Assembly (NCBI GenBank): GCA_934438175.1
Contig: CAKSBH010000002.1
Location: forward strand, 47,406-111,405
From: an uncultured Eubacteriales bacterium
Lineage (GTDB): Bacteria > Bacillota > Clostridia > Oscillospirales > UBA644
Length of the DNA: 64,000 nt
Direction: 5' to 3'
Part shown: in pieces, positions 42,460 to 52,198 of the stretch
How positions within the stretch are numbered: the first letter of the stretch is position 1
Layout: each line of letters opens with the position of its first letter
Notes under the pieces: generated by a model
Database searches by the model: none
Told to the model about the DNA's origin: nothing
The model's input: the letters and a program-made list of their open reading frames with translations, nothing else
Position numbers and translations under genes: made by a program

Positions 42460-43752
42460 ATGGTGGAGTTCAGTGAGAAAGAAAAGCAGCGGTTGTGGGA
42501 AAAATACGAAGAAATGAAGCGTCGGGATCTGCACCTGGATATGTCCCGCGGGAAGCCGGGCGCCGACCAGCTGGATTTGTCCGAGGGTCTTCTTTCCGCC
42601 GTGGAAACGGGAAAAGACTGCATCGGGGAAAACGGCGTGGATTATCGGAATTACGGGCTTCTGACCGGAATTCCGGAGTTGAAGTGCATCTTTGCGGAGA
42701 TGCTGCAGATTCGTCCGACACAGATTATTCTGGGCGGGAACAGCAGTCTTACCATGATGTATGATACGCTGGTTGACGCCATGCTGTACGGTGTGGCGGG
42801 TGGTGAACCGTGGTCAAAGCAGAAGAATCTTTCGTTTCTCTGTGTCGTTCCCGGATATGACCGTCATTTTGCCATTACGGAAAAACTGGGAATCCGGATG
42901 ATCACGGTTCCGCTTCTGGAAACCGGTCCGGACATGGATCTGGTGGAAAAACTGGTGGCGGAAGATCCTTCTGTCAAAGGCATGTGGTGCGTGCCGAAGT
43001 ACAGCAATCCCGACGGCATCACGTACAGCGATGAAACGGTACGCCGTCTTGCCCGGATGAAGACCGCCGCGCAGGATTTCCGTATTTTTTGGGACAATGC
43101 CTATGCGTTCCACGATCTCGGCGACAACCGCGACGAGCTTCTCAACATCTTTGCGGAAGCAGAAACGTACGGCACGCAGGATCGGATCTACATGTTCTGC
43201 TCTACGTCCAAAATTACCTTTCCCGGTTCCGGCGTTGCGATGATGGCATGTTCGGAAGAGAATGTGCACGCCATGGAAAAAAATCTGTTCTACGAAACCA
43301 TCGGCCCGGATAAAATCAACCAGATGCGTCACGTGGCGTATTTCCGGAACGCGACGAATATGCGGGAATATATGCGCAAACATGCCGCCATTCTCAAGCC
43401 CCGTTTTGATGCGGTTCTGTCCGCGTTGGAGAGGGAACTGACGGGGATTTGCTCCTGGCATGTTCCCCGCGGCGGTTATTTCATTTCTCTCAACGTTCCC
43501 GACGGCTGTGCCCGGCGCACGGTTCGTCTTCTGGCGGAACTGGGTGTGAAAATGACCCCTGCCGGGGCGACGTTCCCTTATCATGACGATCCGCGGGACC
43601 GGAACATCCGTATTGCACCGTCGTATCCTTCTCTGGAGGATATCCGGCTGGCATCCGAAGCCATTTGCCTCTGTGCCAAGCTCGCGGTTGCGGAAAAACA
43701 GAACGACTTGCCTGCCGGCGGTGCCGGAGACGAAAGGAGATCTTTGTCATGA
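42460..43752 (+). CDS. PLP-dependent aminotransferase (fold type I, class I/II)
   Basis: KYSNPDGITY (NPxG-type motif) and CSTSKITFPGSG (SxSK PLP-lysine motif); GGAGGAG RBS; ORF track start 42373 rejected. Confidence 0.7.
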   Translation: MVEFSEKEKQRLWEKYEEMKRRDLHLDMSRGKPGADQLDLSEGLLSAVETGKDCIGENGVDYRNYGLLTGIPELKCIFAEMLQIRPTQIILGGNSSLTMMYDTLVDAMLYGVAGGEPWSKQKNLSFLCVVPGYDRHFAITEKLGIRMITVPLLETGPDMDLVEKLVAEDPSVKGMWCVPKYSNPDGITYSDETVRRLARMKTAAQDFRIFWDNAYAFHDLGDNRDELLNIFAEAETYGTQDRIYMFCSTSKITFPGSGVAMMACSEENVHAMEKNLFYETIGPDKINQMRHVAYFRNATNMREYMRKHAAILKPRFDAVLSALERELTGICSWHVPRGGYFISLNVPDGCARRTVRLLAELGVKMTPAGATFPYHDDPRDRNIRIAPSYPSLEDIRLASEAICLCAKLAVAEKQNDLPAGGAGDERRSLS

Positions 43753-44582
43753 ACGTATGGAAAGCCATTCTTCTCGGCCTGATTCAGGGGCTGACCGAAT
43801 TTCTTCCGGTATCCAGCTCCGGACATCTTGCCCTGGCGAGTTCGCTGTTCGGGCTGGAAGAAAGTCCTCTTTTTCTGGACGCTTTGCTTCATCTCGGAAC
43901 GCTGATCGCCGTTTTCATTGCCTTCCGGAAACTGATTCTTTCCCTGATCCGCGCTCTGTTCGGCATGATCGGAAAAATCTTCCGCGGAAAGTTCCGTTGG
44001 AAAACGGCGGAAAAAGAGGAGAAAATGCTGGTCTTTCTCATTTTGTCCTGTCTTCCCCTGTTTTTGATTCTTCCGTTGAAGGACAGCATTGAGAAACTTT
44101 CCTCGTACATCTGGGTCATTGGAATTGCACTGATTGTCAACGGCATTGTTCTGTTTTTGTCGGATTCCGTGAAGAGCGGAAAGAAGGATGCCGGAACCAT
44201 GACGTGGAAAGACGCGCTGGTTGTAGGCGTTGTGCAGACCATCGCGGTCACGCCGGGCATTTCCCGTTCCGGGTCAACCATTACGGCCGGACTTTTCTGC
44301 GGATTTGACCGCAAATTCGCGGCACAGTATTCGTTCATTCTGTCCATCCCCACCATTTTGGCTGGCGCCGCCGTCAGTTTTTATGACGCGCTCAAGGGCG
44401 GGCAGATTGTTGCCTCGGCACTGCCGGCTTATCTGACCGGAATGGTCGTTTCCGCTGTTGTCGGATTTTTTGCCATCCGGCTGTTGGAATATCTAATGAA
44501 ATCCTGCAAATTCTTTGTGTTTGCCGTTTATACAATCTCGGTCGGACTGGCGGCTGTGATTTTCGGGCTGATCCGGGGATAA
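43749..44582 (+). CDS. uppP: undecaprenyl-diphosphate phosphatase
   Basis: BacA motifs GLIQGLTEFLPVSSSGH and PGISRSGSTI; ATGA overlap with upstream stop. Confidence 0.93.
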   Translation: MNVWKAILLGLIQGLTEFLPVSSSGHLALASSLFGLEESPLFLDALLHLGTLIAVFIAFRKLILSLIRALFGMIGKIFRGKFRWKTAEKEEKMLVFLILSCLPLFLILPLKDSIEKLSSYIWVIGIALIVNGIVLFLSDSVKSGKKDAGTMTWKDALVVGVVQTIAVTPGISRSGSTITAGLFCGFDRKFAAQYSFILSIPTILAGAAVSFYDALKGGQIVASALPAYLTGMVVSAVVGFFAIRLLEYLMKSCKFFVFAVYTISVGLAAVIFGLIRG

Positions 44583-44611
44583 TCCCGTTCTGCCGAGAAA
44601 GGATCTGAACC

Positions 44612-47149
44612 ATGACAAAAAAAACAACGGGAAAATCAAAACAAAAAAAGAAGGTTGCCGCGGTGCCGCAGCGCCGGAAGCCGGAAACCGAGTCGAATCC
44701 GTTTCTGCGCGACACGTTGTTTGCGCTGCTTCTGTTCGGAATTGCCGCCTGCATGATCGTGTGCTTCTGTTATACGGAAGCTCCGCTTTGCCGGCTGGTT
44801 TCCGACGTGGTATTCGGGCTGTTCGGCGTTGCCGGCTTTTTGGTTCCCGTTATTCCCATTCTTGCCGGCGTTATGCGTGTTTTGCAGCATGAGAAGCGCG
44901 GACGCAAGGTGGTTTTTCTGTTTTTGTTCCTTGTTTTTTTCGCCTCGTTCATCAACGTGTGCGTTTATCAGCTTCCCGAAACCGGAACCGGCGGCGACTG
45001 GTTCCCTGTGGGGGATCTGTGGGAGACCGGCAAGGCGGGTCGACTGTTTGACGTGCGTTCCGGCGGCGTGGTGAGTATTCTGGCTGTCTGGCTGATGAAG
45101 TTTGCCGGAAACGTCATTGCCGGGATTCTTCTGTGCGTGGTTATGCTGGGGGTTCTGGCTTATGTGACCGGAATTACCTTTGTGGATTTTGTCGGTACAC
45201 CGGAAGAACGCCAGCAGGCCCGTGCCGAGCGGGAGCTTGCCGCTCTGGAGGCGGAGCGTGAGGCGGAACGGGTTCGTCAGAAAGAGGAAGAAGCCCGTAA
45301 AAATGCGCAATCTGCGCAAAAAACCGAACCGGAGACGAAAAAGAAATCCGGAATTCTGCAGGCGTTTGCCGACGATGAAGACGATTCTCTGGAGAAGCGG
45401 TTGGACAAGATCGGCAGAAAATACCGGACCGATGGGGACGAGCCCCGGAAGGATGCGCCGGTTGCCGGGCAGGAAAAAGAGGCGCCGGCTCCGAAAGAGA
45501 CAGTCCGGGATCCCGAAGAGATCACAAAAGAAGATGTTCTCAACGCAAAACAGGAAGTGGCGACACAGATTTCGCAGCAGGAACAGCAGGAAGCGACGGG
45601 GACACCGTATGTCTTCCCCCCGCTGGATCTTCTGACCAAGCCGCCGCGTCTGTCTGACGGGGATGAGGAGTCCGAACTGCGTGCCCGCGGCGAACTTCTG
45701 GTCAACACCCTGAAGGAATATTCCGTGGAAACCACCATTGCCAACGCCACCAAGGGTCCGAATGCCACCCGGTACGAACTGATTCCCGCAACCGGCGTCC
45801 GCATCAACCGTATTACCAATCTGTCTGACGAAATCGCAATGAAACTTGCCGCCAAGAGCGTCCGCATCGAGGCGCCGATTCCCGGAAAATCCACGGTCGG
45901 CATTGAGGTTTCCAACGACAAGACGCAGACGGTCTATCTGCGTGAGGTGATCGATACGCCCGCTTTCCGGAACGCGGAAAGCAAGATTACGGCGGCGATC
46001 GGCAAGGATATTGCCGGCGAAAATGTAATCGCCGATATTGACAAACTCGTTCATCTTCTGATCGGAGGAGCTACCGGTACCGGAAAATCCGTTTGCATCA
46101 ATTCCATTCTCATCAGTCTTCTGTACAAAGCAACGCCGGAAGACGTCCGGCTTATTCTGGTCGATCCGAAAATGGTGGAATTCAACGTTTACCGCGGCAT
46201 TCCTCACCTGCTGGTTCAGGTTGTGACCAACCCCAAAAAGGCAGCGGGCGTTCTTGCCTGGGCATGCATGGAAATGGATGCCCGTTATGAGAAACTTGCC
46301 ATGAAGAATGTGCGGGATATTCACGGCTATAACCGGAATCTGGCAGAAGGCGAAAAGAAGATGCCGCACATCGTTATTGTGATTGACGAACTTGCGGATC
46401 TGATGATTTCTGCGCCCAAGGTCGTGGAGGAATCCGTCGCCCGTCTTTCGCAGAAAGCCCGTGCTGCCGGGATGCATCTGATTATTGCCACGCAGAGACC
46501 TTCCGCAGAGGTTGTTACCGGACAGATCAAGGCAAACATCCCCTCGCGCATTGCTCTTGCCGTCACCAGCGGCATCAACTCCAATATCATTCTGGACGAG
46601 CGTGGGGCGGAAAAGCTTCTGGGCAAGGGAGATATGCTGTTTGACCCCATCGGCGCGACGAAAACACAGCGTGTACAGGGGTGCTTTGTTTCCGACAAAG
46701 AAGTGGAAAACATCGTGGAATTTGTTAAGAAAAACAGCAGCGGCGGCGATTTTGACACCGATATTGAAAAGAAGATCGATAAGGTTCTGCTTGCCCAGCA
46801 GAACAAGGGCAAAGGCGGGGCTTCTTCCGAGGAGGAGGAAGATGCCGGCGACGGTGCCGACGACGAGATGCTGGAGCGTGCCATTCAGACGGTGGTGGAA
46901 AGCAATAAGGCATCTACGACCATGCTGCAGAGTCGTCTCGGTCTTGGCTATGCCCGTGCGGCACGTCTGATTGATGTGATGGAGCGCCGTCATATCGTCG
47001 GTCCGTACCAGGGAAGCAAGCCGAGAGAAGTGCTTGTGACCGTTGAGGTTTGGGAAGAAATGAAGGCAAAAGGGCTGAAAGAACCGCCCTCCGGCGATTC
47101 TGCGGCAACTTCGGATATCGCGGCGGAGGCAGGCACGGACGCGGAGTAA
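44612..47149 (+). CDS. ftsK: DNA translocase FtsK/SpoIIIE
   Basis: N-terminal 4-5 TM, long Glu/Lys-rich linker, motor domain GGATGTGKSVCINS, C-terminal gamma (KOPS-reading) winged helix. Confidence 0.93.
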   Translation: MTKKTTGKSKQKKKVAAVPQRRKPETESNPFLRDTLFALLLFGIAACMIVCFCYTEAPLCRLVSDVVFGLFGVAGFLVPVIPILAGVMRVLQHEKRGRKVVFLFLFLVFFASFINVCVYQLPETGTGGDWFPVGDLWETGKAGRLFDVRSGGVVSILAVWLMKFAGNVIAGILLCVVMLGVLAYVTGITFVDFVGTPEERQQARAERELAALEAEREAERVRQKEEEARKNAQSAQKTEPETKKKSGILQAFADDEDDSLEKRLDKIGRKYRTDGDEPRKDAPVAGQEKEAPAPKETVRDPEEITKEDVLNAKQEVATQISQQEQQEATGTPYVFPPLDLLTKPPRLSDGDEESELRARGELLVNTLKEYSVETTIANATKGPNATRYELIPATGVRINRITNLSDEIAMKLAAKSVRIEAPIPGKSTVGIEVSNDKTQTVYLREVIDTPAFRNAESKITAAIGKDIAGENVIADIDKLVHLLIGGATGTGKSVCINSILISLLYKATPEDVRLILVDPKMVEFNVYRGIPHLLVQVVTNPKKAAGVLAWACMEMDARYEKLAMKNVRDIHGYNRNLAEGEKKMPHIVIVIDELADLMISAPKVVEESVARLSQKARAAGMHLIIATQRPSAEVVTGQIKANIPSRIALAVTSGINSNIILDERGAEKLLGKGDMLFDPIGATKTQRVQGCFVSDKEVENIVEFVKKNSSGGDFDTDIEKKIDKVLLAQQNKGKGGASSEEEEDAGDGADDEMLERAIQTVVESNKASTTMLQSRLGLGYARAARLIDVMERRHIVGPYQGSKPREVLVTVEVWEEMKAKGLKEPPSGDSAATSDIAAEAGTDAE

Positions 47150-47226
47150 ACGCTGCACGCTCTTTTCCCGCCCGTGGCGGAAATTCGACAAGAAAACGAA
47201 CTTTCCTTTGACGGTTTTTACTCTTG

Positions 47227-47255
47227 TTGACTTTGAACAATGTTTATGCTATACT
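47227..47255 (+). promoter_or_regulatory. promoter TTGACT-N17-TATACT for two-component operon
   Basis: coordinates verified against overlapping ORF-track frame. Confidence 0.6.
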
Positions 47256-47294
47256 GAAAACAGAAAAAAGCGATTCGGACAGGAGGTCTTGCAA

Positions 47295-47987
47295 ATGGAC
47301 AAAACAATTCTGATTGCGGATGACAACCGTGATATTGTGGAAATTCTGAACTTGTATGCACAGAAAGAGGGGTTTCGTACCCTGTGTGCTTACGACGGCG
47401 AACAGGTTTTGCAGATGGTGAAGGAAGACCCCCCTGCCCTGATTCTTCTGGATGTGATGATTCCTAAAATCAATGGGTTTGATGTCTGCAAGCAGATCCG
47501 TCAGACGTCCAATGTTCCCATCATTATGGTGACGGCAAAAACGGAGGAAGCGGACCGGATTTTCGGGCTGGATATCGGTGCCGACGACTACGTGGTCAAG
47601 CCGTTCAGTCCCCGTGAGGTCATGACCCGCGTCAAGGCGGTTCTCCGCCGTGTGCAGGATGAGGCATCGGATGAAAAAGGAAAACGGGTCGAGATTGCCG
47701 GTCTTCGCATTGATATGAACAGTTATGAATGTTTTGTCAACGACAATCCGGTTGTTCTTACCAAAAAAGAAATTGAGATCCTGTGGCTGTTTGCCACGAA
47801 TCCCGGACGTGTCTTTACCCGGGACCGTCTGCTGGAAAACATCTGGGGATACGAATATTTCGGGGATACCCGCACCGTGGATACGCATATCAAGCGCATT
47901 CGCACCAAACTGGCAATGAGTGAAAATTCCGGCTTTGACATCCAGACAGTCTGGGGTGTCGGCTATAAATTTGAGGTCAGAAAATAA
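47295..47987 (+). CDS. OmpR/PhoB-family response regulator
   Basis: receiver DDNRDIVE...LLDVMIPKINGFDVC, C-terminal winged helix; AGGAGG RBS; ORF track start 47208 rejected. Confidence 0.9.
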   Translation: MDKTILIADDNRDIVEILNLYAQKEGFRTLCAYDGEQVLQMVKEDPPALILLDVMIPKINGFDVCKQIRQTSNVPIIMVTAKTEEADRIFGLDIGADDYVVKPFSPREVMTRVKAVLRRVQDEASDEKGKRVEIAGLRIDMNSYECFVNDNPVVLTKKEIEILWLFATNPGRVFTRDRLLENIWGYEYFGDTRTVDTHIKRIRTKLAMSENSGFDIQTVWGVGYKFEVRK

Positions 47988-47989
47988 CG

Positions 47990-49768
47990 ATGCGCAAAGG
48001 GCTTTCCTTCCGGCTGATGCTGAGTATGCTTGTTGTGACGGTGCTGGTGGTTCTGATTACCAGCGTGGTGTTCACGGCTTTGTTTAAGCGCTACGCCGTT
48101 TCCGATACGGAAGGAACCCTGACCGTTTGTGCTGAGGAAATTGCCCGGTTGGTTTCCGAGGATCAGGCGGGCAGTTACGAATACAACAAGCGAACCATTT
48201 CCGACTACTCGCTGTTTATCAAAACCGTTTTGCATGCTTCCGTTTGGGTTCTGGATCAGGACGGGACGTTTCGCACATACTATAAAGACGACAATCTGCC
48301 CCTGCATCTGAAGGAGCTGGACGCCACGGCAGAAGCGGCGATCCGCCGGACGTTGAGGGGCGAATCTTTTTTGACGTCGGATTTTTCGGAGTATTTCGGA
48401 GAAAATACTTTATCGGTGCTTGTTCCCGTTCATTCAACGACGTTTGCTGACGGAGAAGAAGTGCAGATCGTCGGTGCCGTGCTGGTTCACTGCCCGAACA
48501 AGAACGTGAGCCGGACGCCGGATCTGGCACGGAATTTCTTGTTTGTCGCGGTTTTTGTTTCGGCGGTTTTTTCGGTTATTGTCGCCTTTTTCCTTGCGGA
48601 AAGGTATACCGAACCCCTGAAAAAGATGAACCGTGCCGCTCAGCAGATGTCGCAGGGCGACTATTCCGTCCGGACAGCAATTCATGAAGGCGGCGAGATC
48701 GAAACCCTGTCGCAGTCGTTGGACAATCTGGCACAGACTCTTTCGGAAACGATTGCCAACCTGCAGGCAGAAAAGAAAAAGCTCAACGATATCATTGACA
48801 ATGTCTCCGACGGGCTCTGCGCGTTTGACCCGAATCTTCACGCCACGCAGTACAACCTTGCTTACATGAAAATGTGCTCGGAGGAAATGCTGCGGCAAAA
48901 CGGCGTTGCCGATATGATGCAGCAGGTGATGGAGACCAAACGCGCCAAGACAAAGGTGGTGTCCGGCGAGGAGATTCTGAAATTTATTGCCACCCCCACC
49001 CTTGAAGAGGACCGCGTGACAGGGTGTGTTCTGATTGTTCAGGATATCAGTCTGAGCGAGCGGCTGGAGAAAACCCGCCGGGATTTTGTTTCCGATGTTT
49101 CGCATGAATTCCGCACGCCGCTGACGGTGGTCAAGGGGTATCTGGAGCTTCTGTGCGACGGAACCATCAGCGATCCGGAGGATGTAAAACGAACCTATGC
49201 CCAGATGGAAAAAGAGACCGTAGCACTGGAAAATCTGGTGAGAGATATGCTGGATCTGTCACGGTTGCGCTCCGGAACGGTCGAAACGGAAATTTCGGAA
49301 ACCGATGTGAGCGAGATTGTAGAAACAATCTGTGACAATATGCGCACCATTTCCGCCAAAAAGGAGATTGAAATTCTCTATCAGCGGCAGAACATTCCGA
49401 CGGTCTTCGGAAATCACGACCGTCTGCGGCAGTTGTTTATCATCCTGATTGACAACGCTATCAAATTCACGCCGAAGCACGGGACGATTACGGTTCTGAC
49501 CGAAAAAGAAGACGAATATGTGCTGATCCGTGTGCGGGATACCGGTGTCGGCATCAGCAAAAAAGACCTTCCGTTTGTGTTTGAACGGTTCTACAAGGCA
49601 GATAAATCCAGGCGGCAGACCGAAAATTCCGGCTCCGGACTCGGGCTTTCCATTGCCGCAAAAATTGTGGAACAGCTGGGCGGAGAAATCGATGTGGCAA
49701 GTGAGGAAGGGAAAGGGACGGAATTCTTTGTCCGGCTTCGCATTTACCGGAAGGAAGACGAAGCATGA
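47990..49768 (+). CDS. sensor histidine kinase (2 TM, extracytoplasmic loop, HAMP, HisKA, HATPase_c)
   Basis: H-box VSHEFRTPLTVVKGY; N, G1, G2 boxes (GLGLSIAAKIVEQLGG). Confidence 0.9.
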   Translation: MRKGLSFRLMLSMLVVTVLVVLITSVVFTALFKRYAVSDTEGTLTVCAEEIARLVSEDQAGSYEYNKRTISDYSLFIKTVLHASVWVLDQDGTFRTYYKDDNLPLHLKELDATAEAAIRRTLRGESFLTSDFSEYFGENTLSVLVPVHSTTFADGEEVQIVGAVLVHCPNKNVSRTPDLARNFLFVAVFVSAVFSVIVAFFLAERYTEPLKKMNRAAQQMSQGDYSVRTAIHEGGEIETLSQSLDNLAQTLSETIANLQAEKKKLNDIIDNVSDGLCAFDPNLHATQYNLAYMKMCSEEMLRQNGVADMMQQVMETKRAKTKVVSGEEILKFIATPTLEEDRVTGCVLIVQDISLSERLEKTRRDFVSDVSHEFRTPLTVVKGYLELLCDGTISDPEDVKRTYAQMEKETVALENLVRDMLDLSRLRSGTVETEISETDVSEIVETICDNMRTISAKKEIEILYQRQNIPTVFGNHDRLRQLFIILIDNAIKFTPKHGTITVLTEKEDEYVLIRVRDTGVGISKKDLPFVFERFYKADKSRRQTENSGSGLGLSIAAKIVEQLGGEIDVASEEGKGTEFFVRLRIYRKEDEA

Positions 49769-50628
49769 TCTGTTCTCAATGCCCTCGCTCCTGCGGGGTT
49801 GACCGCCGCAAAAACCCCGGATTTTGCGGGCTTTCCGATGAGATGAACATCGCTCACGTCGGACTGCATTTCGGGGAAGAGCCGTGCATCGGAGGTCTCT
49901 CCGGTGCGGGAACGGTCTTTTTCAGCGGTTGCGCGTTGCGCTGTGTGTTCTGCCAGAATGTCTCCATCAGCCGTTCCTCCGTGGGCAAGGATGCTTCGCC
50001 GGAGGATCTTGTGCGGGTGATGAAAAAACTGGAAGCGCAGGGCGCGGCATGTATTGATCTTGTCAATCCCACGCATTTTACGTCCCGCATCCGTGAGGCG
50101 CTTGTGCAGTATAAACCGGAGATCCCGGTGGTGTGGAACAGCAGCGGCTATGAAAAGCCGGAAACGCTGCGCACGCTGGAAGGGCTTGTGGACGTATATC
50201 TTCCGGATTTCAAATACTGCGATTCTTCCGTTTCTCTGCGGTATTCGGCGGCTCCGGACTATTTTTTGTTCGCTTCCGCCGCGGTGACGGAGATGTTCCG
50301 GCAAACCGGGAAGGCGGTGTTTTCTCCGGAGGGGCAGATGTTGCGGGGGACGCTGGTGCGTCATCTTGTTTTACCCGCGCATACGCACGATTCCCTGCAG
50401 GTTCTCGGCTGGCTGCACGAACATCTGCCGGAGGTTTCTCTCAGTTTGATGGGACAGTATTTCCCTGCCGGGGATGCGGAAAAAATGCCGGAAATCAACC
50501 GCCGTCTGACACGAAGGGAATATCGGCGGGTTCTGGATTTTGTTGAGACCGTCGGCTTTGACGGTTATTGTCAGGCGCTGGGAAACGCCGACGGAAGCTA
50601 TGTTCCTTCGTTTGATCTGACCTACTGA
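49765..50628 (+). CDS. radical SAM protein, PflX-like (COG1313, activase-like, function unknown)
   Basis: N-terminal 4-Cys cluster CSQCPRSCG...C then CALRCVFCQN CxxxCxxC; ATGA overlap with kinase stop. Confidence 0.75.
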   Translation: MICSQCPRSCGVDRRKNPGFCGLSDEMNIAHVGLHFGEEPCIGGLSGAGTVFFSGCALRCVFCQNVSISRSSVGKDASPEDLVRVMKKLEAQGAACIDLVNPTHFTSRIREALVQYKPEIPVVWNSSGYEKPETLRTLEGLVDVYLPDFKYCDSSVSLRYSAAPDYFLFASAAVTEMFRQTGKAVFSPEGQMLRGTLVRHLVLPAHTHDSLQVLGWLHEHLPEVSLSLMGQYFPAGDAEKMPEINRRLTRREYRRVLDFVETVGFDGYCQALGNADGSYVPSFDLTY

Positions 50629-50672
50629 TCGGCTTATGCGGCAAGCGACCGACTTGCCGGGAAAGGACTTTT

Positions 50673-51707
50673 ATGATGGAAGATAAAGACCGCTTGCCGG
50701 AAGAATCCGGTGAAGCCCGCATTCCGACGGCTGAGGAAGCCGCTCCGGCTCCGGAAGCGCCCGTTCGGAAGAAAAAGAAAAAAAACAAACTGCGTGTCGC
50801 GATTTTTACGTGTGTGGAAATCGTTTGTCTTGCCGTTTTTGCCGTTGCGGCGTTTTCGCTTGTCCGGTATTATGTGGAGCAGGAACAGGACAAGAAGCTT
50901 TCCGGTGAAAGTTCGGAGATTGCAACCCGGAGCGATGGCGAGTATGATTCCACCGTGAATCGTGACCCGACCAATTCCGGAGGTCAGGATCCGTCCCTTC
51001 CGTCCGACGGTGCGGAGCGTAACCCGGTTTTACCCCCATACCGGGAGGATTTTACGCTGGATACGCTGCGGTATTTGGTAGACAAAGATCTTGCCCGCCT
51101 CGCCTCCGCTTACAAAAACCCCGAGATCTGCGGATGGTTCTACGTGCTTGGCTACAACGACACCGCAGACCGTCTGACCGCGTGCAATCAACCGGTGGTT
51201 CAGGCGAAGGACAATTATTACTATCTGAACTATAACGTAAAACTTCAGGCAGATGTCAACGGTTCTGTGTATATGGATTGCCGCAACGACCGGCAATCGG
51301 TGCTGAACAACCGGAATATGGTTTTGTATGCGCATGCCCGCAGCTATGAGAAATTCGGTGCGGTGAAGAGCTTGAACGACAGCCCGGAATGGGCGGCGGA
51401 TGAACGCAATCACTTTATTTATTATCAGACCGAGACGGAAACGTCCATCTGGAGGATTTTCTCCTGGCATATCATCGATGAGGATGAAAACTATCGTCAG
51501 ACCGAGTTTGCCGATGATGAAGCGTTTATTCAGTACTGCACGGATCTTCAGAAACTCAATGCGATTCCCGGGCTGAAATCCTACGAGTTTCAGAAGGACG
51601 ACGCAATCATGACGCTGTCTACCTGCAAAGGAATCAACACCCGGAACCGTGTGGCAGTCCATGCCGTTCTGGTGGCGTATGCACGGTTGGACGATTTGAA
51701 AAAGTAA
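50673..51707 (+). CDS. srtB: class B sortase
   Basis: N-terminal TM anchor, NMVLYAHAR His motif, TLSTC active-site Cys motif, conserved Arg near C-terminus. Confidence 0.85.
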   Translation: MMEDKDRLPEESGEARIPTAEEAAPAPEAPVRKKKKKNKLRVAIFTCVEIVCLAVFAVAAFSLVRYYVEQEQDKKLSGESSEIATRSDGEYDSTVNRDPTNSGGQDPSLPSDGAERNPVLPPYREDFTLDTLRYLVDKDLARLASAYKNPEICGWFYVLGYNDTADRLTACNQPVVQAKDNYYYLNYNVKLQADVNGSVYMDCRNDRQSVLNNRNMVLYAHARSYEKFGAVKSLNDSPEWAADERNHFIYYQTETETSIWRIFSWHIIDEDENYRQTEFADDEAFIQYCTDLQKLNAIPGLKSYEFQKDDAIMTLSTCKGINTRNRVAVHAVLVAYARLDDLKK

Positions 51708-51712
51708 AAAAA

Positions 51713-51753
51713 CAGGGGTGCTTTCCGGCATCCCTGTTTCCTTCTTTATTTGG
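51713..51753 (+). terminator. rho-independent terminator after srtB
   Basis: CAGGGGTGC-TTTCCG-GCATCCCTG hairpin followed by TTTCCTTCTTTATTT. Confidence 0.75.
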
Positions 51754-51758
51754 AAAAA

Positions 51759-51782
51759 ACCGTGTATTCTGCACGGTTTTTT
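51759..51782 (+). terminator. second tandem terminator hairpin
   Basis: ACCGTG-TATTCTG-CACGGT followed by TTTTTT. Confidence 0.6.
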
Positions 51783-51880
51783 GGCTTTGTAACGGGAAAT
51801 TCCGAATTTTCGGTAAAACTGCACAAATCCGGGCTTTTTTTGAAGAAAAAACGCCTGTGAAAAAGTTGAAAAAATGCGAT

Positions 51881-51915
51881 GAAATCCGGGAAAATCCGGT
51901 GTGCTGAAAAATCCG
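51881..51915. repeat. direct repeats (A/G)AAATCCGG, two tandem 10-bp copies plus a third after 7 nt, in leader of giant-protein locus
   Basis: GAAATCCGGG AAAATCCGGT ...AAAATCCGT; related AAATCCGGG at ~51825 and AAAATCGA at ~51943. Confidence 0.4.
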
Positions 51916-51940
51916 TTTGTAAAGCGTGCTTTACAAACGG
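51913..51940. promoter_or_regulatory. perfect 12-bp inverted repeat CCGTTTGTAAAG-cgtg-CTTTACAAACGG (operator-like or structured element)
   Basis: 28-bp hairpin-capable palindrome ~120 bp upstream of the -35 element. Confidence 0.4.
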
Positions 51941-52061
51941 GAAAATCGATTTGTTGAAAATGTCTTATATGATGACGGTGCCCAAGCTTTTTTTGTGCAA
52001 ATTCACATTTCTTCCGGAAATTTTTTTCAGCGGCAAAAAGACGGACACGCAAAAGGAAACC

Positions 52062-52090
52062 TTGACATGCGGCAAAAAAAAGAATATAAT
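52062..52090 (+). promoter_or_regulatory. consensus promoter TTGACA-N17-TATAAT driving the 52.2-kb giant-protein/permease operon
   Basis: TTGACA 52062-52067, TATAAT 52085-52090 (verified against overlapping ORF-track frame); ~105-nt leader to GTG start. Confidence 0.7.
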
Positions 52091-52198
52091 ATCACTATAT
52101 TCTGATAAGTATGCGTGGAAGTGCCCGAACAGTGCGCGGAACGCATCCGGATCGGTCATTTTCAGATTGTGTAAAGGTACAAAGGAAGGTGTTCAGCT

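Noticed and set aside
44636-47191. 851-aa minus-strand ORF
   Set aside because: Antisense to ftsK.
51030-52052. 340-aa minus-strand ORF spanning the srtB 3' end and the intergenic leader; also 51879-52220 plus-strand ORF
   Set aside because: The first crosses two terminator hairpins and is antisense to srtB. The second spans the -35/-10 promoter of the giant-protein gene. Both have low-complexity translations.
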